From contig NC_045138.2 in NCBI RefSeq assembly GCF_008831285.2, positions 23,684,001-23,748,000 on the forward strand: a DNA stretch of 64,000 nt, given 5' to 3'. The position numbers were made by a program, and so were the translations under genes. The DNA comes from Nymphaea colorata (taxonomy: Eukaryota). Of the stretch, positions 60,824 through 64,000 are shown in pieces. The notes beneath the pieces are model-generated. The model had not been told where the DNA came from and made no database searches. It worked only from the letters and a program-made list of their open reading frames with translations. Positions within the stretch are counted from its first letter, which is position 1, and each line of letters opens with the position of its first letter.

Positions 60824-63507
60824 TTGGTGGAGTTAAGCAAGCTGCCGCTCTAGCAGAGCTCTATTAGAGCAGAGTATCTTCATTGAAGGCAGGCCACTTT
60901 GGTGGCATGTCCTTGCAGACTCTACCTTGGTAAAGCATGCCTCTTTTAGAACTCGTCTAGTGATTTAGTTTGCACTGCTTGAAACTCAGCAACTGGCGTT
61001 GATATGAGATTTTAAATGATTTTTGGTTTCGACTTCCACCATATTCCTGTAAGAGCTGCCATCGTTCCAACAAGTTTCTATCCTGAATTTGGAAATATTA
61101 ATACCAGCGAGGAATCTGATCAGTTATTTCCATTATCTTTCACCTTAGAGTGCTCTAGCAGCCAGCCTAGCTTAACACATATCCTCGATTAATTCCTAAT
61201 TGTTACACCAATTCTCTGTGCTTTTTGCAACCAACAGGAGGCAGCTGTTTGCTAAAGATATGTCCAAGATAAGAGTAAGGAGGTGGTTGACATTCCTTAA
61301 AGACAAGGGTAAGCGCACTTGCAGCACTAAAGATATTCATCATCATTGTAACTCTTGTTTCCTCATGTTTCAGTGAAATTAATTTGTTCTGCAACATATT
61401 TCAAGTTAGGCTGAAACGGGAACTACCAGGCTCTTGGTGCACCTGCTTTTTCTGTAGGTTACTCTGCTCATGAACAGTGCCTTGTTTGTTCTTCAGCATA
61501 GCCATTTCATTAAATGTTTGCATGTTATGCTACGTCGTGAATGTCCTATGCAGCAACTTTGTGATCAAGACTTCTATAGACATTCAAGATCATTTTTGTT
61601 CGCTCAAGGGTTTGTCTTGGACCTCGTTTTCGGCAGAAGGAATCAAGAGCTGCTGTACTGCCAAATCTTCCGATCCGTGAGCATCATTCATAAGAGGATG
61701 CTACCAGACAACCATTTTTTAGTTCTCCTATATACAACAATCTCAAGCTGTAATGACGTAACAGACGTCTAAAGGCAGAGAGGGAGAGAGAGAGTCCTCA
61801 TCACACTTGGATGTCTGGAAGGTGAACGCCAATACGTTGCCTTGGTTTTTTCTTTTTCTGGATGATGTGGAATCTTCCAGGAACTAGTTCGGCCTTCGCT
61901 GCCATTTCTTACTATGATGGAAAATGTTAGTTTGCAGAATGACAATATTAGGGTTCGATCTTAGGCCTTTTCCTCAATATTTATTCACGATCCCCTCATT
62001 ATGCGTGATTCACAAGGAAAACTCTTTCGGAGTCATTTACATGGTAGCCGGTCATGAACTATATTTACTCGATAAGGATTGTGCAGCACTTTCAGAAGCC
62101 AAAGAGATGAGGCTAATGATGGAATCATTCTGAGCCATGCACATTAAGATTAAAACATATAAGTCTAGTGATTAATGAATCAAGGAGGAAATCCATATCG
62201 ACATCTTTCTTCTGTTACCTGTGCATCTCAGTACTTGAAGGTGAAACAGAACATTAATCATTGGAGCTTGAACAAACTTCTTATGTCAAGAATTTGTGGG
62301 TTTCTCATGAGTAAGTTTAAGAAAAAGACATCCACCTAACTCATTCAAGTAATATAAGAAAAACTAACTTGCTCGGTACACTTAAACATGTACTAATATA
62401 AATGGGTACAATTAGAGTGGTGACCTACTGAACATAAAATTTGTGTTCATTAAGGGTATCTAACTCATTTAATCTCACTGAGGTGAACATATCAATACTA
62501 CCAGAGGTCATTTTAAATCAACAATGCAAAACTTATTCTAAGGTCAAGCATGCTTTTCAGGATCCTTGTTTTTAATGACAAAGAACCGTCGGACGCACAG
62601 AGCTAACGGGTTCTTATGTTCCGAAAGGTTTCTTACTGATGTTAACGCCATCTAAGCTCAACATTGTCAGGAGTACATGAATACCACTGAACTTCCAAAT
62701 GAAGCATTCAAATCCATTTACTAGTTCTTTTCCCGATGCCACATTTTATTACGTTGAAGAAGATAAGAAAAGAGAAAACTGATTGCGTTTTGTAATTTCT
62801 GTGACAGGCTCAGCTTCTAGCCTCAAAATTTGACTGCAAAACTACCTAAGAAGATGCCAAAAAATTGCAGGGTGGTGACTCCATAAGTACCACCATGTCA
62901 CTGTAATACCAAGCACACGTATGTATTTGCATGATCCCAAGGAATAAGAATTTTGATAGTCTTCAAAAATTGAGATGAAAATGAGACACCCAGAGAAACC
63001 AAAGAGAGATCTGGCACAAGAATTCAAGTGTTCACTGGCGCCGTTAAAATCACAGCAAAAATGGGAAAAGTGTCAGAAAAAATATCACTGACGCGGTTTT
63101 TTTGGCGTGGACGGTGGCGTCAGTGAAAATGATGCCAGTGATAATTTGGGTAAGCTGGCTGATGTCTTATTCAACTTTCACTATAAGATGAAATGGAATA
63201 GATAAATTGGCGGGCCACTGTCAAAACCCTGCTCTAAATTGTGAACCAAATGAAACAGTAACATGTAACATAATGTACTACACCTAATTCAACTGCCCCT
63301 CCTTGCTATAAACAAGGAGAGGTAGAATACAAGAAATTAAAAAAATAATAAAATACACAAATTAAGGCACTAAACATGAGTTGGGCCCAAGGGCAGGATA
63401 CAGCAAGGGGCACTAGTAATAAATTTTAAATTTTATGGAGACTCATAAATAAAGATTGCCTTTTCGGTTTCAAAAGAAAAAAATTGGTGTAGGTGCAGCA
63501 ATGATGC

Positions 63508-63539
<32 letters not shown>

Positions 63540-64000
63540 ACAAATCATTTGTTACATAGTTCTTTAAGTGTTTAGTCTTATTTATCTATATTTACATATA
63601 AATTTTTTGTATTAGACATAGTTTAGTTATATACACATTTAAAATAGTCAGTTTTGGTCTAGTTCTGTTAATCGAACCAGATGTGTCGTGTCGGGGAAGC
63701 ATCAATACCAGCAACAACATCACCATGGGCGCGGCAGCCATTTAGAAGCACACATGTGACATAGACTGAGACCTTAGAACCGCTGCCCCATTGTTTGGCT
63801 CCTACTACAGCCTAACTTAAGTCAAAGCAAAGCAATCAAATGTCATTTTGATGGCACAACTCTATTGAGGCAGATCTAACGTTAGACACCCATTGGATAT
63901 TAAAATGACAAAAATACATTTCTGATAAAAGAGAGCCCTCCATACAAAGACAGAATATGGGAACGTGAAAAAAAAGTAGCCGTTGGAAAAAAAAAAAAAA

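Overview
Flowering-plant nuclear DNA with spliceosomal introns, (TA)n/(GA)n microsatellites and dense transposon relics. Three protein-coding genes can be rebuilt from the sequence. (1) A six-exon chloroplast rhodanese-like STR11 gene on the minus strand (21117-15074, 232 aa). (2) A divergently oriented two-exon uncharacterised plant gene resembling Arabidopsis At5g47940 (30557-37379, 900 aa). (3) A single-coding-exon small basic/acidic protein with an RGRP motif (49113-49517, 134 aa). Mobile DNA includes two degenerate L1-type LINEs and an internally deleted Ty3/gypsy chromovirus that keeps both LTRs, PBS, PPT and a 5-bp TSD. A 3.4-kb hAT transposon is nested in its integrase. There are also several hAT- and Harbinger-type MITEs. 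The first ~3.65 kb looks like mitochondrion-derived DNA, and a 70-bp plastid-type 16S rRNA fragment lies inside a MITE. I found no clear-cut new biological system. The most notable structures are the nested elements, the rRNA sliver, a duplicated promoter segment, a duplicated gene 3' end and several long fold-back elements. All alignments and counts were done by eye, and family assignments come from recall rather than database searches.
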